This document shows, piece by piece, positions 48,871-58,105 of a stretch of DNA of 64,000 nucleotides; positions within the stretch are counted from its first letter, which is position 1; each line of letters opens with the position of its first letter. The translations under genes were made by a program, and so were the position numbers. The notes below the pieces were generated by a model, which worked only from the letters and a program-made list of their open reading frames with translations, searched no databases and was not told where the DNA came from. This stretch comes from Phycisphaeraceae bacterium (GTDB lineage Bacteria > Planctomycetota > Phycisphaerae > Phycisphaerales > Zrk34): NCBI GenBank assembly GCA_040905565.1, contig JBBDRF010000092.1, positions 64,001-128,000 on the forward strand, read 5' to 3'.

Positions 48871-49965
48871 TCAGTTCGCGGGAATGAGTCGTGGATTCGC
48901 CGTGAGCAGTTGCGGGTTCCGGTCGTGGTAGAACCACGAGCTACTGTCAAGATCGAATCGTCTGGCCATGATCGCGCCGTAGGCGCGGGCGCCCTTCTGC
49001 ACTTCGATCTTGCTTACTGGTGCATCGATGATCGCATGAGCGGCGGTGCCTTCGTCGCCGATGATGAAGTTGTTGTTATTGCGTTGATAGATCACCACAC
49101 GCCATGACTCGATTGTGTTGGCGTTCAGCTTTGAACCCGACCAAAGCTCGACGTCACCATCTACGTAGATTTCGAGCGTGGCGTCGTCGATGAGTTCAAT
49201 CGCCCCAGCATCACTCATCTTAAAGTCATCGTTAACGCGCACCGTTACGTCGCCGTGGATCTGAAGCACCGCGCCATCATTGACTTCCAGGTAACCAAAG
49301 TGGCGACTGGAATTGATGATGTGGATCCCGCTGTCAAGCTGATAATCGCCTTCGCTGGCGAGAGGAACGTTGTCGGGCATGGCGAGCATGGGCGGCAACG
49401 CAAGCGTATCGCCAACCACCGCCTCTTCGCCGGCATTCTCGCCACCATAGGGGCCGTCGGCGGAGTCGAATCCGTCAGTGTGGCCGCTGATTGAGTATTT
49501 GTTGCTGGTGGCGATGCCGAGTGTGAACGTACTGTTCTTGTAGATTTGTCGTACCACGCGGTGCGAGCCGCCGCCGTACCTGCCGACCGAGACCAGCGTG
49601 ATCGGATGCGTGAGCCCGGGCTCCGTCGGGTCGCCATCCTCGGCGGAGAGGGTGAAGCTGCCCCCGGCGAGCGTCTGATCGGTCAGCCAAGTTCCCGCTT
49701 CGTGTTCGCTATCCCAGTCGCTGTTGTTCTGTACGTAGTACATCGCCATCCCGAGCCCCGCTTCGGCGATCTGTCGGGCCTGCGCGTGATCGCTCATGGT
49801 GACAGCTGTTGCGGTCGCCGTGCCAGCTTGCGCCAGGAACGTGAGGCCCATGATGAACGCAACCGCGACCGCAATCAGCACGAGCACCATTGCCATGCCC
49901 GCTTCCCGTCGGCGCATGCGATGCACGTGCTGCTCCTTCTCGACCTGTTTGCCGGCTGTATTCAT
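48871..49965 (-). CDS. PilX/GspK-like minor pilin with beta-rich C-terminal domain
   Basis: RRREAG|MAMVLVL (no Glu5), QARQIAEAG, beta-helix-like C-terminus (YGAIMA). Confidence 0.8.
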   Translation of the reverse strand: MNTAGKQVEKEQHVHRMRRREAGMAMVLVLIAVAVAFIMGLTFLAQAGTATATAVTMSDHAQARQIAEAGLGMAMYYVQNNSDWDSEHEAGTWLTDQTLAGGSFTLSAEDGDPTEPGLTHPITLVSVGRYGGGSHRVVRQIYKNSTFTLGIATSNKYSISGHTDGFDSADGPYGGENAGEEAVVGDTLALPPMLAMPDNVPLASEGDYQLDSGIHIINSSRHFGYLEVNDGAVLQIHGDVTVRVNDDFKMSDAGAIELIDDATLEIYVDGDVELWSGSKLNANTIESWRVVIYQRNNNNFIIGDEGTAAHAIIDAPVSKIEVQKGARAYGAIMARRFDLDSSSWFYHDRNPQLLTANPRLIPAN

Positions 49966-50621
49966 TGCACATCCACGCTATGACGGAGGGCGGAGATGAC
50001 CGTCACCGTCTCCTCGCCACCGGCGCGCTCGAACGTGACACGAACGCGAAGCAGCCGGGCAGCCTTGACGTCGGCCTCATCAAAATCAACTTCCCAGTCG
50101 GTCACGCAGCTCAGAAGCAGTCGGCCGGGCATGTTCCCGATATTGATCTCGGCATTCGTGGCACCGGTGTAACTTTGATTCAGGTTGTAACTGCGATCGA
50201 CAGCGAGATCGTCTACCGCTTCATACACCCATATTTCCTGACTCTGTTTGTCCCACTCAATCCGCCTGAGTTCCGACGTGTCTGGCACGCGATTGCCGTT
50301 CGCGTCGGCGATCCAGAGCACGATGTGATGCGGGTGATCGGTAAGGACCATGGAGGCGGCGTCGCGCGTCACCTCGCCCAGCCGATGGATGACCACCTGG
50401 CGTGTCACCATGCTCTCACGGCTGTGCTGCTGCGTTTGCGTGCCGCTCCCCACCGCCGCCAGCATCATCGCCACGCCGAGGCCCACCATGCTACTGAGCG
50501 CCAAGCCGATGAGCATCTCCACGAGCGTGAAGGCACGCGGAATGCGTCGGTGGGACGGGGATGGTTCGGCCTGAACGCTCAAGGCGAATCCGGTTCGGGG
50601 ATGAAGCGAGTCAGTGTCCAT
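49962..50621 (-). CDS. Prepilin-type minor pilin (PilW/GspJ-like)
   Basis: PRA|FTLVEMLIGLAL class III signal. Confidence 0.85.
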   Translation of the reverse strand: MDTDSLHPRTGFALSVQAEPSPSHRRIPRAFTLVEMLIGLALSSMVGLGVAMMLAAVGSGTQTQQHSRESMVTRQVVIHRLGEVTRDAASMVLTDHPHHIVLWIADANGNRVPDTSELRRIEWDKQSQEIWVYEAVDDLAVDRSYNLNQSYTGATNAEINIGNMPGRLLLSCVTDWEVDFDEADVKAARLLRVRVTFERAGGEETVTVISALRHSVDVQ

Positions 50622-51073
50622 TTCTTGCCCGTGACGTGCTCGGTGGTGATGGTCACCTGCTTGCCGGGAATGTTGATGCCCGCCAGCGCCGGGATCACTT
50701 CGGTTGCATCCGTCACAGAGACCGATCGGCTGAACTGCTGCTCCGCAGGTCCGTAGGCCTCGCCGGTGAAGTCGGTCACGTCGTCCGGTTGCTCCGCGAA
50801 GTGGTCGCCGTAGTCGTCAAGGTGAAACGTGGCCCGGCTGGCGTGATTGCTGCCGTGGTACGGACGGCTGATGATTTCCTCCATCAGATGCTCACTGAGG
50901 CGCAGGCCGCGGAGCGCGATGTCGCTATCGTGCAGATGCTGCTGCCCGGCGACGGTGGCATAGGTCAGCCCGAGCATCACGGTCGACAGCACAGTCATGG
51001 CCATGAGCGCATCGACGATGGCCATACCACGCCGACCACCGCTCAGCGACGACCTGTAAAACGCCGGGATCAT
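50579..51073 (-). CDS. Prepilin-type minor pilin (PilV/GspI-like)
   Basis: RRG|MAIVDALMAM (Asp5), LMEEIISRPY, FSRSVSV. Confidence 0.78.
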   Translation of the reverse strand: MIPAFYRSSLSGGRRGMAIVDALMAMTVLSTVMLGLTYATVAGQQHLHDSDIALRGLRLSEHLMEEIISRPYHGSNHASRATFHLDDYGDHFAEQPDDVTDFTGEAYGPAEQQFSRSVSVTDATEVIPALAGINIPGKQVTITTEHVTGKKWTLTRFIPEPDSP

Positions 51074-51080
51074 GTCAGCA

Positions 51081-51132
51081 TCATCGGCAAGCTGAAGGGG
51101 GCTCTTAATTTGAGCGATGGTCGGGCCGATGA
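51081..51132. promoter_or_regulatory. Back-to-back sigma28-like promoters
   Basis: Plus strand TAAT(51106)-N15-GCCGATGA(51125); minus strand TAAG(51107-51104)-N15-GCCGATGA(51088-51081). Confidence 0.55.
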
Positions 51133-51142
51133 TAGGAACACG

Positions 51143-51676
51143 ATGTACGAACTAACGACCGATGGAAAAGGGACGCCGCTGCTGGGAAGACGCTGCCTGC
51201 GCGGCTTTTCGCTGGTGGAAATGATGATCGTGGTCGTGGTGCTGGCGATCGTCGCGTTGCTCGCGGTTCCGGGTGAGACTCGCCGTGAGGCGACACAGGT
51301 GCAGGCGGCGGCGAAGTTGCTGCTGGCGGACCTGGACTACGCATGCATCGCCTCGCTGGGCAATGGCGTGGACCCGTGCGTGGTGGTGTTTGATGAAGAT
51401 GGTGAAGGGTATCGGCTTGCGTCATCATTGGACGCAGCCACGCCGTTGACCGACCCGGCGACAGGTCAGCCGTACCAAGTGCGATTCGGTGAAGGACGCG
51501 CCGGGGCGCTAACGCGTGTAAGGCTCACGGCCGTCGATACCGATGATAATCAGCTGGTCTACAACCCGATGGGCGGTCTGGAATCAGCCGGTGACGCCAG
51601 CGTCACGCTGACTTGCGGCTCATCCTCGCTCACCCTCACCATCCGCGCCAGCACCGGGCAAGCGATCATCGAGTAG
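51143..51676 (+). CDS. Prepilin-type minor pilin (GspH/FimT-like)
   Basis: LRG|FSLVEMMIVV, ADLDYA, LVYNPMG, TIRASTG. Confidence 0.88.
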   Translation: MYELTTDGKGTPLLGRRCLRGFSLVEMMIVVVVLAIVALLAVPGETRREATQVQAAAKLLLADLDYACIASLGNGVDPCVVVFDEDGEGYRLASSLDAATPLTDPATGQPYQVRFGEGRAGALTRVRLTAVDTDDNQLVYNPMGGLESAGDASVTLTCGSSSLTLTIRASTGQAIIE

Positions 51677-51723
51677 TGCCGCGCCGCTGGCACGGCGGTC
51701 ACGAGAAGTTCAAGCGGCATCTG

Positions 51724-52959
51724 CTACTGTGCGAGGACCTGCCCCGCCTGGAACAGCGGCAGCATCAGCGAGGCCGCGACGAAGCCGATCAAGGCTCCCA
51801 TGAACAGAATCATGCAAGGCTCGATGAACTGCGTCGCTGCCCGCACGGCCTGGTTGTACTCTTCCTCGGTGAAGTCCGCGAGTCGACTGAACACCATCCC
51901 CAGCTTCCCCGACCGGTCGCCCGTGTCGATCATGTGCGCGATCGGCTCCGCGATCAGGTCCGACGTCAGCAGCGGTCCCGCCAGACGTTCGCCGTGTTGG
52001 ATGCTGTGATCCACCTGCTGCCAGATGTCCTGGTAATAGCTGTTGGGGACAACCTGGTGAAGAATCTTGAGCGCGTCAACAAGGGAGACGCCTGCCCCGA
52101 GCAACATCGCCATCGTGCGGAACGCCCGTCCCTGATAAAGCGTGTTGCAGACGGTCGAAAATACCGGCAGGTGCAGCACCAGGTAATCGCACTGCCTCCG
52201 GCCGAGCGGGGTTCGGCTCCAGAGAATCATCCCCGCGATCGTCATCAGCATGCCGCCGACCCACAGGTACCAGTTTGCCGTCAGGTTGTCGCTCATCACT
52301 ATCAGCATCTGCGTCGGCAGCGGCAGGGCGGCCCCCTGGTCGGCGAAAATCTCCGCAAAACGCGGCAGAATCACCGTCAGCAGAAACACCGTCACCGAAA
52401 TGCAGATTCCGAACATGAACACCGGGTAGAGCATGGCGGTGCGAATCTGCTTGCGAACGCGCACCTCTTCCGAGAGGTACGCAGCACTGCGCTGCAGCAC
52501 CTGCGTCATTGTGCCGCTCATCTCGCTGGCGCGGATCATCGCCGTCAATGATGGCGGAAATGATCGCGGATACATGGCCATCGCATCGGAAAGCGACCGG
52601 CCTTCTTCCACCGTCTGGCTCACGCGATCCAGCAGCGAGCGTAGCTTCGGTTGCGACGCCTGCCGCGCGAGATACTTCAGGGCGTCGCTCAAGCAGATCC
52701 CCGTCTCCACCATGATCGAAAGCTGCAACATGCACCACGCCACCTGCGCATGCGAAGCCGCCCCCGACTCATGCGGCACAGCTCCCCCTGCCTTGGCCTG
52801 CGCGTCGTAACGGTCCGCACCGATCCGCGTCACGAACAGCTCTCGCTGGCTCAGCAGGTTGCCCGCTTCCTCCATCGTGCGCGCGGAGATCAAACCTCCG
52901 GTCAACTGGCCTTCATCATCTCGAGCTTCGTAGGCAAACTGTGGCATGGCCGATCTCAC
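51724..52959 (-). CDS. pilC: Type IV pilus / T2SS inner-membrane platform protein (PilC/GspF)
   Basis: FAYEARD, VEEGRSLSDAM, AMLYP, LPLPT, GDRSGKL, IEP. Confidence 0.95.
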   Translation of the reverse strand: MRSAMPQFAYEARDDEGQLTGGLISARTMEEAGNLLSQRELFVTRIGADRYDAQAKAGGAVPHESGAASHAQVAWCMLQLSIMVETGICLSDALKYLARQASQPKLRSLLDRVSQTVEEGRSLSDAMAMYPRSFPPSLTAMIRASEMSGTMTQVLQRSAAYLSEEVRVRKQIRTAMLYPVFMFGICISVTVFLLTVILPRFAEIFADQGAALPLPTQMLIVMSDNLTANWYLWVGGMLMTIAGMILWSRTPLGRRQCDYLVLHLPVFSTVCNTLYQGRAFRTMAMLLGAGVSLVDALKILHQVVPNSYYQDIWQQVDHSIQHGERLAGPLLTSDLIAEPIAHMIDTGDRSGKLGMVFSRLADFTEEEYNQAVRAATQFIEPCMILFMGALIGFVAASLMLPLFQAGQVLAQ

Positions 52960-54815
52960 ATGTTTTCCGGTAGGGCGAAAGCGTCGCTGCGTTCGGCCTC
53001 GGGCTGTACGCGGGTGGTCGGCACATCCTCCGCTCGCGCGACGACCTCCAGCAGACTGTTCACACTGATAATTCCCTGCCGAACCTTCTCCAGACCGTCT
53101 TCGAGCATCGTCACAAATCCCTGCTCTTTCGCGAGGGCGCGTACACTGCGTACGCTTCCGTCATGGGCGATCCCCGCCAGCATTTCTTCGTTGAGTCGCA
53201 ACAGTTCGAAAACGCCCACCCGGCCGAACGCCCCCTGCCCTCGACATCGCGTGCAGCCGGTGCCTTCGTAAACCGTGTCGATTGGACACGTGCCGCCGCA
53301 CAGCCGCATCAGCGACGCCCGCGTGGCTGCGGTCAATTCGCTCGCCTTGCGACAGTGAGGACAGATGCGTCGCACCAGTCGCTGCGCCAGAACGCCCCTC
53401 AACGAAGCTGCCAGCAGATAAGGTTCCACCCCCATGTTCGCCAGCCGCGGCACAGCGGTGGGGGCGTCGTTGGTGTGCAACGTCGAGAGCACCAGGTGCC
53501 CCGTCAGTGCCGCTTCCGTCGCCAGCTTCGCCGTTTCCGCATCACGAATCTCACCGACCATGATGATGTCGGGATCCTGCCGAAGCAGCGACCGCAGTGC
53601 ACTGGCGAACGTGAACCCCGCGGCATTATTCACCTGGAACTGGTTCGTGCCCGGCAGCCGCCGCTCGACCGGATCTTCGATCGTGCTGATGTTGTCCTTC
53701 TCGCAGACGATCTCAGCAAGCGCGCCGTACAACGTGGTCGACTTCCCGCTACCGGTCGGTCCCGTCACCAGCACAATGCCATGCGGCGTGCGCATCAGGG
53801 CTCGGAGCTCGGCCAGCATCTCCGGGGCGAAGCCAAGGCTCTCCAGATCAAGCGGTGCCGCATCGCGATTTACCAGTCGCATCACCACCTTCTCACCGAG
53901 TTTCGCAGCCATGGTCGAAACGCGCAGATCGATCGGGCTCTCACCGATCATCACCGTCAGTCCCCCGTCCTGCGGCAGCCGCCGTTCGGAGATATCCATC
54001 CCCGACATGATCTTGATCCGACTAATCACCGCGGGGAGCAGCCGACTGCTGGGGCGCACCGCCTCGATCAGATGACCGTCCACTCGGTAACGCACCCGAA
54101 AACTATCATCCTCGGGCTCGATATGAATATCGCTCGCCCGCATCTCCACGCCCTTGTGGATGATGTAATTGACCAGCTTCACCACCGGCGAATCCGTCGC
54201 AGCCGCTTCAAGATCGGCCACGTTTTCCTGCTGTTCCTGCTCAACGACCTTGAGATTATCCACCACAAGCTGGTCGAGAATCTGGTTCAGCGAAGCACCG
54301 CTCTCCTGATGCGAATCGGTCGGTGGCGTGCTCGTCGTCTTCAGCAGCGCCTCGCGCGTGTGCCGAATGTTCTCACCCGTCGCCGCCATCACCTGCACAG
54401 CGCAGCCGGCCTGTCGCTTGAGATCCTCAACAAGAAACACGTCCGTGAACTGCTCCACCGCCACCCGCAGCCGATCCCCCTCACGCGCGACCGGCAGCAC
54501 GTTGTGCTTCTCCATCATCGCCTGCGGCAGGCTCGCCAGCGCCTCCTCCTCCACCATCTCAGGCGTCAGCTGCACGTAGGGAATATCCAGCAGCGTCGCC
54601 ATCATCTCGACGATGTGCTCGGGCTGCACCAGCTTCATGTCCACCAGAACCTGCCCGAGCAGCTTTCCGGGGGCGACTTCTTTCTGATGCGTCAGTGCTG
54701 CCTCAAGCTGAGATTCGCTGAGCAATCCGCGCTCGCAAAGCATCTGCCCGAGGCGCAGCGGCGGCTTGTTCGATCGCGTCATCGTTTGCTGGGTGTCGGT
54801 CTGCGTGCTGCTCAT
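52956..54815 (-). CDS. pilB: Type IV pilus / T2SS assembly ATPase (PilB/GspE) with N-terminal MshEN domain
   Basis: ASDIHIEP, GPTGSGKSTT, LRQDPDIIMVGEIRD, TGHLVLSTLHTN, CPHC/CTRC. Start 54851 is also possible. Confidence 0.96.
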   Translation of the reverse strand: MSSTQTDTQQTMTRSNKPPLRLGQMLCERGLLSESQLEAALTHQKEVAPGKLLGQVLVDMKLVQPEHIVEMMATLLDIPYVQLTPEMVEEEALASLPQAMMEKHNVLPVAREGDRLRVAVEQFTDVFLVEDLKRQAGCAVQVMAATGENIRHTREALLKTTSTPPTDSHQESGASLNQILDQLVVDNLKVVEQEQQENVADLEAAATDSPVVKLVNYIIHKGVEMRASDIHIEPEDDSFRVRYRVDGHLIEAVRPSSRLLPAVISRIKIMSGMDISERRLPQDGGLTVMIGESPIDLRVSTMAAKLGEKVVMRLVNRDAAPLDLESLGFAPEMLAELRALMRTPHGIVLVTGPTGSGKSTTLYGALAEIVCEKDNISTIEDPVERRLPGTNQFQVNNAAGFTFASALRSLLRQDPDIIMVGEIRDAETAKLATEAALTGHLVLSTLHTNDAPTAVPRLANMGVEPYLLAASLRGVLAQRLVRRICPHCRKASELTAATRASLMRLCGGTCPIDTVYEGTGCTRCRGQGAFGRVGVFELLRLNEEMLAGIAHDGSVRSVRALAKEQGFVTMLEDGLEKVRQGIISVNSLLEVVARAEDVPTTRVQPEAERSDAFALPENM

Positions 54816-54840
54816 AGTGTTCAATCGCGACGTCCAGGCG

Positions 54841-55374
54841 TCATAATTCAAGGGTAATCTGAATGCCGTCTTTGCTGATCACGATGTGCCGTGAGGCGAT
54901 GCGGACGATTCGGAAGCCGTTCACCTGCTGCCCTTCGCGCCACACCTCGTTGTTGATCATCGCGATCGGGTCGTCGCCATGGATGATCGCGTGCAGCCGC
55001 ACGTTCTGCGTTGCTGCGCGCGTGACGGAAGCCACATCAGGCATAGGGGCCGTCGGCTCAGGGGGGGCTTTGACCGGCTCGGGCTCGGGGGTCGGCTCGT
55101 CCTCCGGAAACACCGATTCCCATGCGAAAAGATCGCGTCGCACCTCGACGGGCCAGTTGATTTCAACCGGCACAACAGGTTCACTGACGCTGCCGGCCGA
55201 CGACGCGTCAACGGTTTCATCCGTGGTCGAAGCCGTCACCTCTTCGGGCCCCTGATGCACAAGCCGAACCACGCCGATTACCAGCGCTGCGGCCAGCAGC
55301 ATCGTGAGCACCGCCCATTGCCGGCGCTGCTTTCTCTGCATCGCCCGCATTCCCGCATCCATCTTCGCCATCAC
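54841..55374 (-). CDS. PilP/GspB/MshK-like bitopic protein
   Basis: TM helix, RRDLF, Pro-rich linker, LHAII...AMINNEVWREGQ. Confidence 0.7.
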   Translation of the reverse strand: MMAKMDAGMRAMQRKQRRQWAVLTMLLAAALVIGVVRLVHQGPEEVTASTTDETVDASSAGSVSEPVVPVEINWPVEVRRDLFAWESVFPEDEPTPEPEPVKAPPEPTAPMPDVASVTRAATQNVRLHAIIHGDDPIAMINNEVWREGQQVNGFRIVRIASRHIVISKDGIQITLEL

Positions 55375-55904
55375 CGTGCCTCCCCGTTGCTAGCGAACGT
55401 CACCAGCCGCGCACTGATCGCCAACTGATCAAGCGACGCACGAGGCGAGCGCGAAATCTGTAGCTGCTCCACACGCACCACCCGTTCGTAACCGTGAACT
55501 CGATCGAGCAGATCAAACGCAGCCTCGAACGATCCAGTGAACGCCAATTCGAGCCGCACTTGATCGAGATCGCCGAACTGCGAAGGGCTACCCGTCGTCA
55601 GCGATCGATCACGCACCTCCAGCGCGCGCAAATCTGTCCCTAACTGTTCAAGAAGACTGCCGATCTCCAGCGTTGCCGGCAACGCAGCGTCCTGCCTGTG
55701 CACCCGTTCCTGAAGTTCCGCCACCTGCTGCGCCAGGGCATCACCCTGATTTGCGGCGTCTTTCAGCGCCTCCGTCTCGTGCGCGAGGGAGTCCAGACGA
55801 TCCCATCGATTGGACAACGACGTGAAGTGCACGAACGCACCGCTGACGATCACCAGCGCCACCAAGCCCGCCGCGACCAATGGGTTCTCCTTCAGAATGA
55901 TCAA
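55371..55904 (-). CDS. pilO: Type IV pilus assembly protein PilO-like
   Basis: TM, coiled coil, LP, LELAFTGSF, ERVVRVEQLQI. Confidence 0.82.
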   Translation of the reverse strand: MIILKENPLVAAGLVALVIVSGAFVHFTSLSNRWDRLDSLAHETEALKDAANQGDALAQQVAELQERVHRQDAALPATLEIGSLLEQLGTDLRALEVRDRSLTTGSPSQFGDLDQVRLELAFTGSFEAAFDLLDRVHGYERVVRVEQLQISRSPRASLDQLAISARLVTFASNGEAR

Positions 55905-56545
55905 GGCTTCGCTCCGTCGTGTTGCGCCATTGCCGCGGCCTGCGTCAGTAGAAGCTTCATGCTCAGATTGAACTCTTGCCTGGGCTGATCCCGCACAACA
56001 ACCTCGCGACTGTCGTCAAGCTGAATGTTCTTGAACAGGTGGTGCTGGGAAAGCAGTCGCACCATGCGCGCCACCGCGACGTCGTCCGACGCCAACCCCT
56101 GAAGCGCGATCTGCACATGTGGCGGCGGCGCAGGCGAGCGTTTCCGCTCATCACTGTTTTCGCGCTCTGGCAGGGGGGGGCCGGGCAGCTGAATCTTCAG
56201 ACCACGCAACGCTACCTCTTTAGGCGCAATCTGCGTGAGCAGGGCGAGGATCGGGGCCGTCGGCAGCGTCTCTCGGAGCCGCGCCACGGTCCCGATTTCT
56301 GCCTCTAAATTTGCACGCTCCGCCTGAAGCGTCGCGACGCGTTCCGCAGCCTCACGCAACGGCGTCACCTCTTGCTCGGCTGCGGCAATCTGCCGATCCA
56401 GCCCGCGGAGTTGAACCACCGCAGCGCCCGCCCATCCCGCAAGCACCACCACCAGAAGCCCCGCGAGCACGCCGTAGGTGGCTCGGCGGTTCTGTGCCGC
56501 CTGCGCCTGATGGAGATGCTGCGGAAGCAGGTCGATGCGCTTCAT
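55901..56545 (-). CDS. pilN: Type IV pilus assembly protein PilN-like
   Basis: RIDLLP N-terminal motif, TM, coiled coil, LQGLA...LFKNIQL. Confidence 0.88.
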   Translation of the reverse strand: MKRIDLLPQHLHQAQAAQNRRATYGVLAGLLVVVLAGWAGAAVVQLRGLDRQIAAAEQEVTPLREAAERVATLQAERANLEAEIGTVARLRETLPTAPILALLTQIAPKEVALRGLKIQLPGPPLPERENSDERKRSPAPPPHVQIALQGLASDDVAVARMVRLLSQHHLFKNIQLDDSREVVVRDQPRQEFNLSMKLLLTQAAAMAQHDGAKP

Positions 56546-57654
56546 GCCGCCACCCCCTGCATCGCATCTTCACGCCCATAGAGCGCCAGCCCGATCGGGA
56601 GGAGCCAATCCTCCAGCGTTGTGTCGGCAGGCAGGCGATCGCCGATCCTCTGCAGGCCCGGCACAAGCAGTGTTTCCAGCATCTCAAATGCGATGCGCGA
56701 CGTGTCGTTGAGCGCCGCGGTCAGCGCCTCGCGGCCGCTGCCGGCGCCGATCACGCAGCCGACGTCCGGCTCAAACTCGAACAGCCGCGCCTGGCTCAGA
56801 TAGTGCAGGCAGAGCATCACCTCACGCCCCAGATCACGCCCGACCGACACGAACGCCTCATCGAGTGCCGCCTGAGCGCGACGTGCATCCGCGCCTTCCA
56901 ATTCCGCCGACGCCGCAGTTGTCAGCAACTGCGAGATCTTTGATTCCCCATGTTCGCCCAGGTCGGCAGCCCGAGCAGCCCGCGTGATGATCTCACGCCG
57001 CCCGATGTCAATCGTCCGGATGAAACGAGGCAGGCCCTGGTGGACCACGATCAACGCGGAACCACTTGATCCCATCTCAATGATGAAGCGCGGCCGGCAT
57101 GCATCGCCATCCGCGGTCGATGCCATCGGCGAGAGGCACCGCGCCAATGCCCCGGCGTCCGCGTCCAGTGCGGTGAGGGTGCAGCCCGCGGCGTGCAGCA
57201 TCGCCGCATGTGCTTCAACGTCCTGCTGTGCCGCCGCGACGGCGATCACCTCGTGCCGCCGCTTGCCCGCATCGAGCACCTCACCAACGTCGAAATAATC
57301 CACACACAACTGCTCGACGCTCCAATTCAGTTCCTGCGCCGTGCGGTACCGCACAGCAGCGGCCAGCTCCGCGTCAGGCATCGGTGCCAGACGAAGATGC
57401 CGATAACGCATCTGCTCGATCGGAAGGCACGACACCACCTGTCGTCCGCTGAAAGCATGGTCCCCCAGCGCCTGCCGCAGCGCCGCCGTGGCCGCGGAAG
57501 GCCAGTCCTCTGATCGGCGATCTGCTTCGAGCGGCAGGCGGACCGTCTCAAGGATGTGCGAGGTTTCATCGCACAACTGCACCACCCGCACCGCGTCATC
57601 CGCGAACGCACAGCCGATCGGCCAACCTCCCTGTCTACGCCATCCGTTGAACAT
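56542..57654 (-). CDS. pilM: Type IV pilus assembly protein PilM-like (actin fold)
   Basis: PIG..., IIEMGSSGS, FIRTIDIG, IGLALYG; first gene of the MNOP operon; GGAG RBS. Confidence 0.88.
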   Translation of the reverse strand: MFNGWRRQGGWPIGCAFADDAVRVVQLCDETSHILETVRLPLEADRRSEDWPSAATAALRQALGDHAFSGRQVVSCLPIEQMRYRHLRLAPMPDAELAAAVRYRTAQELNWSVEQLCVDYFDVGEVLDAGKRRHEVIAVAAAQQDVEAHAAMLHAAGCTLTALDADAGALARCLSPMASTADGDACRPRFIIEMGSSGSALIVVHQGLPRFIRTIDIGRREIITRAARAADLGEHGESKISQLLTTAASAELEGADARRAQAALDEAFVSVGRDLGREVMLCLHYLSQARLFEFEPDVGCVIGAGSGREALTAALNDTSRIAFEMLETLLVPGLQRIGDRLPADTTLEDWLLPIGLALYGREDAMQGVAA

Positions 57655-57749
57655 GCTTGCGTGACTCCTTCAGAGCTTTCGCAGAACAAACCCGACCGCG
57701 CCGTAACGACTCGGCATCATGTCCACCCGTGCGGGCTGTCCGGCTTATA

Positions 57750-57777
57750 TCATCGGACGCAAGGCAGACCGACTTGA
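57750..57777 (-). promoter_or_regulatory. sigma28-like promoter upstream of pilM
   Basis: Minus strand TCAAG-N15-TCCGATGA, about 95 nt upstream of the pilM ATG. Confidence 0.5.
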
Positions 57778-57926
57778 CCGGCTGATCGCCGAGGCGAGGT
57801 CAATCAAGTGGAAGGAGGCAACCCCGGAAGCTGCGGGAGCAGTTCGGTGATCGAACGCGCGGAAAACGCCAGAAAAGGCGTATAACGACGGGTAATGGCC
57901 ATCAAAAACGGTCGGCGAACAGACGT

Positions 57927-57955
57927 TTGTCCAGCGACAGAGATTCCGCTATCAT
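57927..57955 (+). promoter_or_regulatory. sigma70 promoter of tRNA-Ser
   Basis: TTGTCC-17 nt-TATCAT ending 10 nt before the tRNA. Confidence 0.65.
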
Positions 57956-57965
57956 GCCGGCTTCG

Positions 57966-58056
57966 GGAGAGGTGGCCGAGCGGCTGAAGGCACCGGTTTG
58001 CTAAACCGGCGTAGGAGTTAACTCTCCTACCGAGGGTTCGAATCCCTCCCTCTCCG
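57966..58056 (+). tRNA. tRNA-Ser(GCT)
   Basis: Acceptor stem GGAGAGG/CCTCTCC, D-arm TGGCCGAGCGG, anticodon arm CCGGT-TTGCTAA-ACCGG, long variable arm, GGTTCGAATCC; CCA not encoded. Confidence 0.97.
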
Positions 58057-58060
58057 TTGG

Positions 58061-58105
58061 AATCCCGCAAATGCCTGATTCTGTCAGGGTTTGCGGGATT
58101 TTTTT
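58061..58105 (+). terminator. Intrinsic terminator after the tRNA
   Basis: AATCCCGCAAA/TTTGCGGGATT stem followed by a T-run. Confidence 0.75.

Noticed and set aside
50561..51142. N-terminal extension of the 371-aa ORF containing the FimT-like pilin
   Set aside because: It is antisense to the PilV-like gene, and the prepilin motif requires a start near 51143.
42030..57654. Single operon joining the pilus locus, cyclase and MoxR cluster
   Set aside because: The run is interrupted by the plus-strand pilin, and the 47403 gene has its own -10-like hexamer; adjacency alone is not evidence of a shared function.
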